NCBI GenBank assembly: GCA_028534125.1
Contig: CM052817.1
Location: 50,036,001-50,100,000, forward strand
Direction: 5' to 3'
Length of the DNA stretch: 64,000 bases
Origin: Lama glama
Taxonomy: Eukaryota
Shown: positions 39,301 through 51,300 of the stretch, piece by piece
Layout of the letters: every line of letters begins with the position of its first letter
Numbering within the stretch: the first letter of the stretch is position 1
Made by a program: the position numbers and the translations under genes
Notes under the pieces: model-generated
The model's database searches: none
What the model was told of the DNA's origin: nothing
What the model saw: only the letters and a program-made list of their open reading frames with translations

Positions 39301-42300
39301 GCCCCCATTAAATGGGCTTAGCGCCATTTTTTAAAATCAGCTGACCATAGATGTATAGGTTTATTTTTGGATTCTCAATTTTATTCTGTTGTCTATATAC
39401 CAGTTGTTTTTTCTAGTACCACACTGTCATGATTACCATTGCTTTGAGGTAAGTTTGAAATCAGAAAGCGTGACTTTTCTTTTTCAGGGATATTTTGGCT
39501 ATTCTGGGTCCCATGCAATTCCGTATAAATTCTAGATTCAGTGTATCAATTTCTACAAAGATGTCATTTGGGATTCTGATAGAGATTGTGTTGAATCTAT
39601 CAATCTGAGGAATATTGTCATCTTAACAATGTCCATTGAGCCATGAAAATGGGATGTTTTTCCTGTTATTTAGATCTTCTTTAATTTTTTTCCAACAGTG
39701 TTTTGAGAGTTTAAATTTTACCATTTCTTTTTGTTTGTTTGTTTTTAAATGGAGTTACTGGGAATTGAACCCAGGACCTCGTCCTAATTAAGCATGTGCT
39801 CTGCCCCTGAGCTGTTACTCTCCATTACACTTCTGTTAAATTTATTCCTAAGTATTCCTTTTGATGCTATTGTGAATGAATTCTTTTTAAGTTTCATTTT
39901 TGAATTGTCCATTGCAAGTGTATAGAAATACAATTGATTTTTTTGTATGTCAGTCTTTATCCTGCAGCCTTGTTGAACTCATGAGTTAGTTCTGATAGCT
40001 TTTTAGTAGATTTTGTAGGACTTTGTAAGTACAAGATCATGTCATTTGTGATAGTTTTACTTCTTCCTTTCCAATCTGGATGCTTTCACTTTCTTTTTCT
40101 TGCATTATTGCCCTGGCTAAAATCTTCAGTACTATATTCAGTAGACTTCCTTGTCTTGTTCTTAATCTTTGAGGGAAAACATCCAGTCTTTCACCGTTCA
40201 ATATGTTGTTAGCTGTGGGTTTTCATAGATGCCCTTTTATCAAGTTGAAGAAGTTCTTTTTTATTGCTAGTTTGTTGAGTGTTTTTATCATAAAAATACT
40301 GCATTTTGTCAAATTTGTTTTTAATCTATTGATATGACAATGTGATTTTTTTCTAATTGAGATTGTGTATTACATTAATTGATTGTTGGATATTAGACCA
40401 AACTTGCATCTCTGGTGTAAATCTCATTCTGTCATCATGTATAATTCTGTTTGTATGTTGCTAGTAATTTGTGGAGGTGGTGTTTGTTTTTTGGGTTTTT
40501 TTGTCTGTAGTTTTCTTGTGTTTGTCTGGTTTTGATATCAGGATGATACTGACTTCACAAAATGAGTTGGGAAGTGTTCTTCTGTTTTTGGAAGAGTTTA
40601 TGAAGAATTCGTATTAAGTCTTTAAATAATGGTAGAATTCAGTGGTGAACCTATCTGGGCCTGGGCTTTTCTGTTAGTTTTTTGATTACTGATTTATCCT
40701 ATTGTTATAAATTTTTGAGATTGTTTATTTTTTCTTGAATCACTTTTGGTAATTTGTGTGTTTCTAGGAATTTGTCCGTTCCATCTAGGTTATCTGATTT
40801 GTTGGTGTTTAATTGTTCATAGTATTCTCTAATGACCTTTTTTATTTCTTTTGACTCTAGTTGTAGGACCTAGACAGAGACTAGAACCTCCAGAAATAAA
40901 CTATCAAAGAATACTCAGAAGTTTGCATGTTCTTTTGTTCTATTGCATGCAGATTTTTTTCATGTATAATAAGAATAGGCTGGTAGACTGAATCAAGAAG
41001 CATATTAAAACAGGACTTGTAAGAGAAATGTGAGGGAGGAGAGAGAATTATGCAGTCTAGGAATAATGTGTTTACATATATTTAGGGTAAACCAGTTGGC
41101 TGTCAGCTACCAAAGAGATGGGTCTAGGTCCCTCTGAAAACAATTTCAGTTGTTTGTGGATTTTCATAAACCCATGTTGGATTAACTATGTAGTATACAT
41201 CATAAGCTGCTCATAGGTAATGTCTCCCAGTGCCCTCCTGTTATCGTTTCTATCTTTGTTAGGCCGGATCTGTACCATTTCTTTTATCAGAATTTTTCAA
41301 ATTAGAACTCTTGGTAGGTTCTAGAAACATAATTTCCTTCCTGGACTAGTTGTAAATTTTAGGACCTGAACAAGGTTATCTGATACTTGTTATAGCCAAT
41401 ATTATATTGTCTACTTACCTCTGTAATGTTTCTGGGAGAAATATTTTTTGAAGAAATATGAACAATTATAAACTTTTCATTTTCATAGAGATACAGGAAG
41501 CTCAAAGGATCAAGATAGTATGGCTGCACAAAGTGTGCATCTAAAGTCTCAGATCAATGGATATACATGCAAGACACCAGCAGAGTCTAACTTGGATTCT
41601 GGAGAGCCTGGGACCTCGGTTTTGGAAGGGAGGTATGCATGTGTTCTAAGGATAATAGGATTTACTCATTGTATTTGCTACCTATTGCCATGTAACAAAT
41701 TACCCCCAAAGTTTAATTTTAGTTTTGTTAATGGCTTGCAGACATTATTCCAGTTTCTGTGGGTAGAAATCTGGGAGAGACTTAGCTGGCTAGTTCAGGC
41801 TCAGGGATTCTCATGAGGTATAGTGGTCAAGATCTGTTTGGTTTGCAATCCTTTGAAAGCTTGACTGGAACTTGGAGGATCCACTTATATGGTGGCTTGC
41901 TCACGTAGCTGTTAGCTGCAGGTCACAGTTCCTTGTCTTGTGGCTCTCTCCATAGGGCTGTTTAATATGACAACTGGCTTCCACCAGCAGGTGATCCAAG
42001 AGAAAGTGTGACTATGACAGAGGTCATAGTACCTTTTAATGACCTGGTCTCTAAAGTCTTCCACTTTATTCTGTTCATTAGAAACAAGTCACTAAGTCTA
42101 CACCACACTCAGGAAGAGGGGAGTTAGAATTAGTATGTACCTTTTGAAAGGAACATTACCTAAGAATTTGTGGATATATGTTTAAAGTGAGCATACTCAG
42201 TGAGCAAACCAAATTAACCTACTTTCATAATATCTGAAGTCATATAACCCTTTTTCAAAATGAAGGGATGGTAAATTATAGCAGTGTCTCAGACTTCAAA

Positions 42301-45300
42301 GGGATAGCTAAGATCTCTTTACTATTTAGGAACCTATGGCTATGAGGCCTGTCCTGGGGTCATAATAGGAGGAAGAGGATCTAGGACTTGAATAAGCTGA
42401 ATTATCTCTGAACAGTTTCTGGACTGTATTTTAAATTACTTGTTTTTGGCTGTAGTTTAAAAAAATTAATATAAGCTGATCATTTCTAATTTTATTTCTT
42501 ACGGTTTGATTTTTATCAAAGAATGTTACTTGCGTTGACTTAAATTTGTAATTCTGATCCATGAGTTAGTTTGAAAGGTTATAAAATTCAGTATTATTGT
42601 GTTTGACAAATCAATTGTGGAACTAAATTGTAGATTTTGTTTTATGCAGTGAGTATATTCTTAAAGTTCTATAACACCATTCTTGGTTTTAAAAGAAAGA
42701 AATCTTTGGCAGTTTTAGGAGAAAGTTGACCCATTAAGGTAGATTTATTAGATTTATTTATTCTAAAACACAAATCTTGTGGTTTGTTCTTTCTTAAGTG
42801 GACCTTCCAGGCTCAAGAATTATTTAACGTCTGGGAAGAATAATTTGGATGGGGATGATAATGAAGTTCAGGAAAGTTCAGGTAAGTTATGATTTATTTT
42901 CTACTGTCTAGATTTTTGTAGCATTATGCTACAAAAGTAAGGTATGCTGTTTTGTTTAAATTACCACTGGTGGCAAGTGTGTGTTGAGTACCTACTTTTA
43001 AGAGCCTTACTTTATGGTTAGAGATTTGTAAGACCTTGTACCTAGGTGAGAGAGGGAGGGAACTTAGCTTAGCTAGGCGATTCTCATTTTGGCTCTCTCA
43101 TGCATTTGTAGATGGATGCAGGCCCCTGGGGTTGGGGTCATTTGAAGGAACAGCTGGGCTGGAAGTCCAAGGTGACTTCTTCACCAATATATTTGGTGCC
43201 CAGCCAGGGTGGCTGAAATAGTTGGGAGGGAGAGGGGTGGCCAAGCATCTTTTTTTTCTTCCACATAGCGTTTCCATGTGGTTATCTGGGATTTCCTCAC
43301 ATCAATGTAGTCTTGGGGTAATTAATCTTCATACATGGTGGCTGTCTTTCCCTAGAGTGAAGTTCCAAGAGACCCAGGTGGAACTTGCATATCTTAGAAC
43401 TTAGCCTTCAAAATCCCAGAATGTCATCTCTTCTTAATTTTGTTAGTTGAACTATTCACTAAGGCCAGCGGAGATCTAAGGAAAAGGGAATTAAACTTTG
43501 CCTCTTGATGAAGAACAACATTTGTGCACAGGAGGAGAAAGAATTGATGGCCGCTATGTTTAGATGCTGTTTACCACACTGAAATTGAGAACCCTTGACC
43601 TAATTGTCACACTGCTAAATTCAGTATAGTTGAACTGTTTTAGAACTTTAAGGATCATAGATTACATTGTTAACATATTAATTATTTATTATCACACCTT
43701 GTATTTTAATCCACTGAGTGACTAATTTTGCTTCAAGTCCATAAGCAATAGAAAGCCTATTTGTTTTTTGTGACTTATAATTGTTATCTGCTTAAGTTGT
43801 ATTAATTGTAGCAAAATCTAGAGACATACTATACTGTTTTTCATGAGTCTTCATTCAGCAATGAAAAGCAAAGGAGGTAAAAAAATGTACTGTCAAGTCA
43901 AATTTTATTTTAAAGTATTTATACTGATGTTGACTGAGTAACATACTTTAACTCAACATGGAATTAATTAGCAGCCATCACTCATGATATTTCTTGTAAA
44001 ATTTGCAGATGATTCGAGAGTAAAAAGATCTAACTCGACACCAGAGAACAAAATGCATCACAAATTAGGTAAATTATTTTTTCTTAATATTTTCATATTA
44101 TAAAACCTCTTATTTCTAACTATAGTTTAATTTTTTTCTCAAGCAGTGGGAAAATATTATTTGGATTAATTGTCAGATAAATTAAACTTTTATATTTAGT
44201 TTTCATGGATTTCATGGTAAATCATCACAGGTCACTGTGATGATGAGTTTCTTTATTGTTCATTTATAAATCCTACAGTCCTCTCATTCATTGCCCTAGG
44301 GAGCTGATCCCACCTAGGGAGCTGATCTCACCTAGGCTAAGAAGCTAGGGTGGAAAATTCTATAAAATATAACTGCTAGATAGCTGGTATCCCTGACAAC
44401 TTCTTCCATTTTTATCCAATTCACTTCTAAACAAAGCAATAACTAGGATAAGTAAGTAGGCAAAGTTAGGAGCTAGGGAATCCATGGAGAGGCCCATGTG
44501 AGGATCAACTCTGTGGTTCTCAAAGAGATATTTGCCAGTCAAGGTTCATAGGGCCTCCCAAGTTTGTGGGATTGGAGTGGCTTTTTAATATTTCTCCCTA
44601 TACTTGAGTCTATGTTTCTGTGCTTATACCTGAAGAGAAGCAGTGGCAGTGAAGCTTTCTCTGATTGCTCCAACCAAAACCTCACATCTTGTTAGTTAGT
44701 ATTTTGTGGGCCCATGTGAAGATAGACTGATATACTTCTCAGTGCTTAATGCTTATCTTGGAATAGAATATGACTAGAGTGAGGAGCAGGCAAAGAGAAA
44801 TAAGAATGTCTGTGAGCAGGGGTTTTCAGCAACCTGAGAGGAAAATCAAGCATTATGCTTAAGAATAGTCGCAGTCTCTGGTGAGCTAGAACTTCTGTGG
44901 TAGATGGATAACACTTTTAACAATGAAAGAAATATGAGTACTTCCAGAGATTTAGTTATATCATAGAAGGCTTTTTAGTCCTAAAGCATAATTTTTCAGT
45001 TTAAAAAGTCAGTAGTTGAACAGAAAGTAAAGATAGTCACTCTTGAGAGCTAAATTAGTAACTGGTGTTGACATGAAAGAAATTTCTCATAACAGAAATA
45101 CAAAAAACATGGAAACTGTGAAGAAAAAAATATGCAATGGAAATAACATGGAACCATCAGCTAAAACATACAAATTAAAGGAATTCCAGAAAGAAGAAAC
45201 AAATGGAGGAATGAAAACAGTTAAAAAAAGTACTTGTTAAAACTTCCCTGGAGTAAAGATAGGCTTCATCTACAATTTGAACGAGTTTACCAAGTGCCAG

Positions 45301-48300
45301 TCAGAGTTAATGAAAAAGATACACCTCTAGATATAAGCTAATAAAATTTCTAAATTTCAAGGATAGAGGAAAGCTTCCAGATGGAAAAGTTACATATAAA
45401 GAAGAGAAAATGACTAGCACTGCTTATCTGTGTAACACTGGAAGAATAAAATAATATATATAGCCTACTTTTAGAAATGTATTACCATCCTATGTTATAA
45501 CTAGCCAAGATATCTTTCTGATAAGTGAATTTACTTTGCAGATAATGAAATATTAAGTTTAGTATCCTCAATATAAAATATCTGTGTATGGTAATCTAAC
45601 CAAGTATCATATAAATCAGAACTAAGTCCAAGAAAGGAAACAGTGGCGAAGAATAATTCTCAATATATGTGGTTAAATTTAAATAATGTGTATTTGTTTT
45701 CTGTGTACCAAATTTAGTGGTTTAGATAACGCATATTTATTATCCCATCGTTTCCATGGTTAGGAGCCTAGACACAAATTAGCTGGGTTCTCTGTTCAAG
45801 CTTCTCATAGGCTGCAATCAGAAGTGTTAGCCTGGGCCATGGTCTTACCTGAGGCTCAAGGTCCTCTTCCAAGCTCATGTGGTTGTTAGCAGAATTCAGT
45901 TCCTTGGAACTATAGGATTGAGGTACCTGTTTTCTTGGTGGGTGTCATCCATGGGCCACTGCTCTCAACTTCTGGAGGTCACCTGCAGTTCCTTGTCACA
46001 TGATTCTTTCCATAGGCCCCTTCACAATGTGGCACCTTGCTTCTTCAGAGTCAGCAGGGAATAATTTCTCTCTGCTTCTGCTAGGTAGCATCTTGTATGT
46101 ATAGCCGTGATGTAGTCACAGGAGTGTTTTCCTATCACTTTTATCATATTCTGTTGAATATGTCATAGGTATCTTAGAGAAGGTGATTATACAAAGGCAC
46201 GTCTCATTGCTCACACTTAAGGGCGTCTGCTACTTAATGCTAATGTGATTGGGGATTTATAAGTGCTTAGTAAGGATTTTTGCAATAATAGCTTGAAATC
46301 CAGACCATCTTAACAAAACTTGATATGGTGGAGAGGAGAGTAGAAGTGGAAGAGGTGTAATAAAAGTGTAAAAGTTTTATTTTACTAAGTGAGAAAAAGG
46401 AGAAGATAACATATCTTGGTAATGGGTATAGTTTTTAATATAATCATGGAGAAATGAGAGTTTGATTTTTGAGTGTCAGGTGTGGGAAGGTAACCAATGT
46501 TAGAGTCCAGAAGCACAGCTAAACTTTGAAAGGACCAAGGTTCGGGGGGTGGGGAAAGAAATGGTATTTTGATCAAACCAATAAAAATGAGGGGAAAAAA
46601 GAATCACTAATGTAAAATAACCAGTAAATATAAAGTAAGATGTGAGAAATAAAAGGAAGCATATTACTTGTTACAGTAAGTATGAATGGATTGAATTCCT
46701 CTAATAGGATAGAGACTATCAGAGTTGGTTAAGCAATACAAACTGACCTATATGTTTATAGGAAACACTTCAAGTTTTAAAATAAAAGATTATTAGAGTT
46801 AGGTAGGCTAATGTAAACAAAAAGAAAATAGTAATGTAATTTTAACATTAGATGAAATGAAATTTAAGGTTAAAAGTGCTGAACAGGATAAAGGACTTGC
46901 AATAATAATAAAATTAGCAATTTATTGAGGAAGATAGAAAAATCGTAAACTATTCAGTACCATACAACCTAGCAACCAAAATGTATTAAAAAAAAAAACT
47001 AAGAAAAAGCAAGGAGATTTTAATTTAAATAATACAGTTAGACTGGGAGATTTTTTTTTAAAGGAAGTACAGGGGATTGATCCCAGGACCTTGTGTGTGC
47101 TAAGCATGTGCTCTTCCACTGAGCTGTGCCCTCCCCACCTAGATTGGGAAACTTTGATAAACCACTTTCAGAATTGGACAACCCTAGCTAATCAAAAGTA
47201 AAATCATAGGAAGCTGATTATATAGATAGCAAACTTAGTCTATAGTTCTTTGCATTGTTCAGATACTTGTGTGTACACACAAACACATGCATACATAATA
47301 ACTATCCCTGATTTCTAAATTTCCTGTTGTGAACCATTTATATGGTTTTCAATTTGATTTTTGTTTCCTGATTCTGTTATAAACAGTACTACCATGAATG
47401 TTCTTGTACTTGTATCTTTGCTCATTTTTCTGAATATTTTTGCAAACTCATTTTCTAAAAATGAAGTTTCTGAGTCAAACAGTATTACAGTTGTAGGTAT
47501 TGCCAATTTGTCTTCAAGCAGCTTACATTTCTACCTACAGTATATGAGAATTCAGGTGTACCTTTAAAATCATTAGCCATTGATGTTATTAAATCTTTTC
47601 CAATCTAGTAGCTTATTTTTCATTGACATTTCTTTAATAGCACAAACATGTCTTAAATTAATTTTTCTAGTATTTTGTCTAGAAGCATTAGTCTTCTAGA
47701 AAGTAGTATCAGTCTTTTCATTGCAAAGTACCATCTAACATTTATATGTGTACATTTTTTGTCTGATGTCTTTTTACAGTATTGCCCTCCAACACACCAA
47801 ATGTTCGCAGGACTGTGAGAACACGATCAAAACCTTTGGAATACTGGCGAGGAGAGCGTCTAGATTATCAAGGAAGGCCATCAGGTAAACTTTATGCTTT
47901 AATGTCTCAAAAAAAATAATGGTAATTACTGCAGTTTATTGAGGTATATTATTTGCCAAGCACTGTCTTACATATATTACCTTATTTAATCATCATCCTC
48001 CAAAAATGTGACAAGAATAGATTCAAGTCCAGATTTCTCTGATTACTAGAGATGCTGATTTTTTTTCTCTTTGGTAGCAATATGAGGTGAGTGTGTGGCT
48101 TTACAGAGGGTTATCATTTCTATACTATCTAACAAATTTCCTAATTGCATAAAATGAAGCACTAGATCAGAGTGTGAGAAGATTATAACTGGCAAAGATT
48201 GTGTATTCTCCATTATTATTCTTACTCCGTTTTCTTATATTGTTCTACAGAAATGATAGAGGGTGGGAAAGAAAGTATAGTGAGTGTCATTTTAAAGTTA

Positions 48301-51300
48301 TTTTCTTTTTTTGATGGATATTTCTAAGTCAAAGTACTAAACCCACATGTAGATTACTATAAATAGTTCATTGCTAACCTTTGTTTTCTTTGTATTTTAA
48401 ACCTCCACTGATGACTGCTGATTTCAAGCAACAGAGACCATTCCATCAGGTTTCATCAGTGCTTCTAAGAAGATTTAGGATAGTAGAGACCTAAGTAAAA
48501 TTGGTTGCTATTTGTTATATTTGAATTTTTAGCTATGGAATGTAGTAATAGTAATGTATTCTTTGGTATTTTGAAAGGAAATGTGCTATACTAATTTAAA
48601 GAGTTTTGTTTCAAGGTTTTTACTTTGCCAGGTGTGATAATTTACCCTTTTTTTGGTTAAATTTCAGGAGGATTCGTAATTGGTGGAATACTTTCCCCAG
48701 ACACAGTATCATCTAAAAGGAAAGCAAAAGAAAACTTGGGAAAAGTCAACGCAGTAGATAATAGGAAAAGGATCTGTCTTGATAATGATGAAAGAAGTAT
48801 GAACTTAATCCTTATTTTAAATAACAGTGCTTTGAGAAGTAGCTCTTTGCAAATTTTGAAATATACTTCTAAAAGCTTCAGGGTAATACTACTTTAGGGT
48901 GAATTCACTTTTTAATGTCTACTTTTTTCCCGCAGATTTTGAAAGTAAACTAATCTAATCTTTAAAAAAAATTGTTAATAGCGTAGTATAAAATATTTCC
49001 ACATCAGTAAATTACCCTGTCAATGAAGCTTATCTTTTCCATGTTCAAACTATGGTTAAAATAGACATTTTAATGAATTCTTTCTAAAGTGAATCTCATA
49101 CTTCAGCTCTCTTAGAGAATGTGCAAAACACCATTTAACTTCTTGATGATGCAAGAGTTCAAGAGTTCTGTTACAATAGACTTACAGAAAATAAGTTTGG
49201 GATGTTTGCTTCTATATTATATCATTGTGGCTTTTGAATTTTTGTTTATCAAAGTGGTCATTGATAAGTAAGAAGAAATCATTATGCTGCTGGCAATTTC
49301 CTTTACAACTTGTCCATAGCTGTATTTCATACTAGATTTTTTTTAATTGAAAAGAATTTTGAGTAAATAGTTTGTATTTTAGTGGTATTTCTTTTTGCAG
49401 AGAATAAACTTGTGGTAAATCTGAATATACCTCTTGGAGATCCTTTGCAGCCAACGAGGGTAAAGGACCCTGAAACAAGAGAGATTATTCTTATGGGTAA
49501 GATCAGGGATGAAATTGAGAATGCTTAATTTAACAACTAGGAAGGACAAACTGTTTGCTTGAAGACTGGCCTATCTACTTTGCCTTTTTCTCCCTGGATG
49601 TCAGAGCCAAAGTCCTGTAAAGGGTCTAATTCCAGTAAGCAGCCCGTGTGAGGACTACTCTAGGGGAATTGATGGCAGACAACCTCCAGGGGACATATAG
49701 TACCATGCATTTGTCCTCTGCCTCCCCCAGTAGGTTCTAGGCTTTCTTTGACAGGCCTGGGGGACAGTGGCTGTTTATGGAGAAGTATAGCAAGTTAACT
49801 GGCAGACACTCAGATACACCCTTACTGTGAGACCAGGCAGGGATTGTGGGAAGGATTTAGACAGCCTTTTGAACTTTGAGATGCTAGTAATGGTATCTGG
49901 GGTACAAAACCTTTGGGAGGATGACTAGCAAGGGCATGAGTCAACCTAACAAATGACAGGCTTAGTCTTAAGGTTCTCGAAGCCTCCTGCTATACTTAAT
50001 AGGCATTAAACATTTTGTGTCTGGGAGACCATGGGAGATTCCAAGGGACAGACTATAGTAGGGTGTTCGGGTTAAGTAGGGAACAGTCAGCTATTTATCA
50101 ACCAGGAGATATTTACACACAGGATATATTAACATGTTTTAATGACTATTATGACTGTACCAATGAGTACTGAGGACTATTTATCCAAAGTTGGAGGACA
50201 AATTGGTCAGACCAGAAAGGCAGTAATGGTATTTATACTTAAAATTTTGGCTGTGGAATATATTCTATGTAATCTCTTATGTATCAAAGTTATTTCTTTA
50301 TTCAGATTATTTATTTGGCAACAGAGTTAGAAGTTCAGGGAATTTTGTTTAGTGTAGTGTTTTAACTAAAAACATTACTATACTGTATCATATTTTTAAA
50401 GTTGTGAATGTTGTCCAGAATTCATCACTTTTTATTTGTTGATTGAATCCATTTTATGTATTTTCTATATCCTGCAGTCTGTGGCATTACTAACATTTCC
50501 AAATATCCAAGGAAATAGTCAGAAGCTGATAATAGAAAAATCTATTAATTATAGATCTGGAAAGGTTTGTAAATGAAAGGGAAATTTTAAAAGTGAGTTA
50601 GTTATTTGTGAGCTATAGTTAGAACTTTGGTTACTTAGTGCTTTTTAACTGATGATACATTTGTACTTTGGCTATGTTAAACTTTTTTAAGATAAGGAAT
50701 TCTTTCTTGTCTCTTAGCTGATTTTGTTTTCTATCTGAGCTGTTATATGAATAATAATAATACTACATTTTTATTATTAATAGTTAAGAATTACCTAATG
50801 CTTACTTTGTGCCAGTGTTTTAAATACTTTACACACATTAACTCATTTCATATTCACAACTCTAATGTAGATGAACTATTACTATCGCATTTTATAGAAA
50901 AGGAAATGGAGGCACTGAGAGGATAAGCAACTTGGCTAAACTAAGGTCACATAGCTTGTAAGACAGAGATAGGATCTGACTGCTGGTATTCTAGCTCCAA
51001 AATCAATGCTCTTAATCATACCTATCTTTCTAAGGCAGGTTTATATCTAGAAATAACTATATGCGTGTGTATATATACTGTATCATGGAGCAATATCATT
51101 GCTGTTACTTTTGTTAATTTTTTTCCCTTAGATCTTGTGAGGCCACGAGATACATATCAATTTTGTGTTGAACATGGTGAGTTAAAAGTATATAAAACAT
51201 TGGATACACCCTTTTTTTCTACTGGAAAATTGATACTAGGACCTCATCAAGAAAAGGGAAAGCAACATGTTGGCCTTGATACATTGGTGAGTATATTTCT

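Noticed and set aside
41633..41816. ORF-track extensions past exon donors (also 20946-21028, 29632-29666 and 51287-51361) as alternative C-termini
   Set aside because: Simple read-through into intron or MLT1 sequence; good GT donors and CENP-C similarity end at the exon boundary
48665..48670. NAGNAG (CAGGAG) alternative acceptor at exon 15
   Set aside because: GAG acceptors are rarely used and the effect would be a single Gly
50065..50081. Possible CENP-B box (gTTCGggttAagtaggg)
   Set aside because: Lacks the essential CGGG of TTCGnnnnAnnCGGG and has no satellite context
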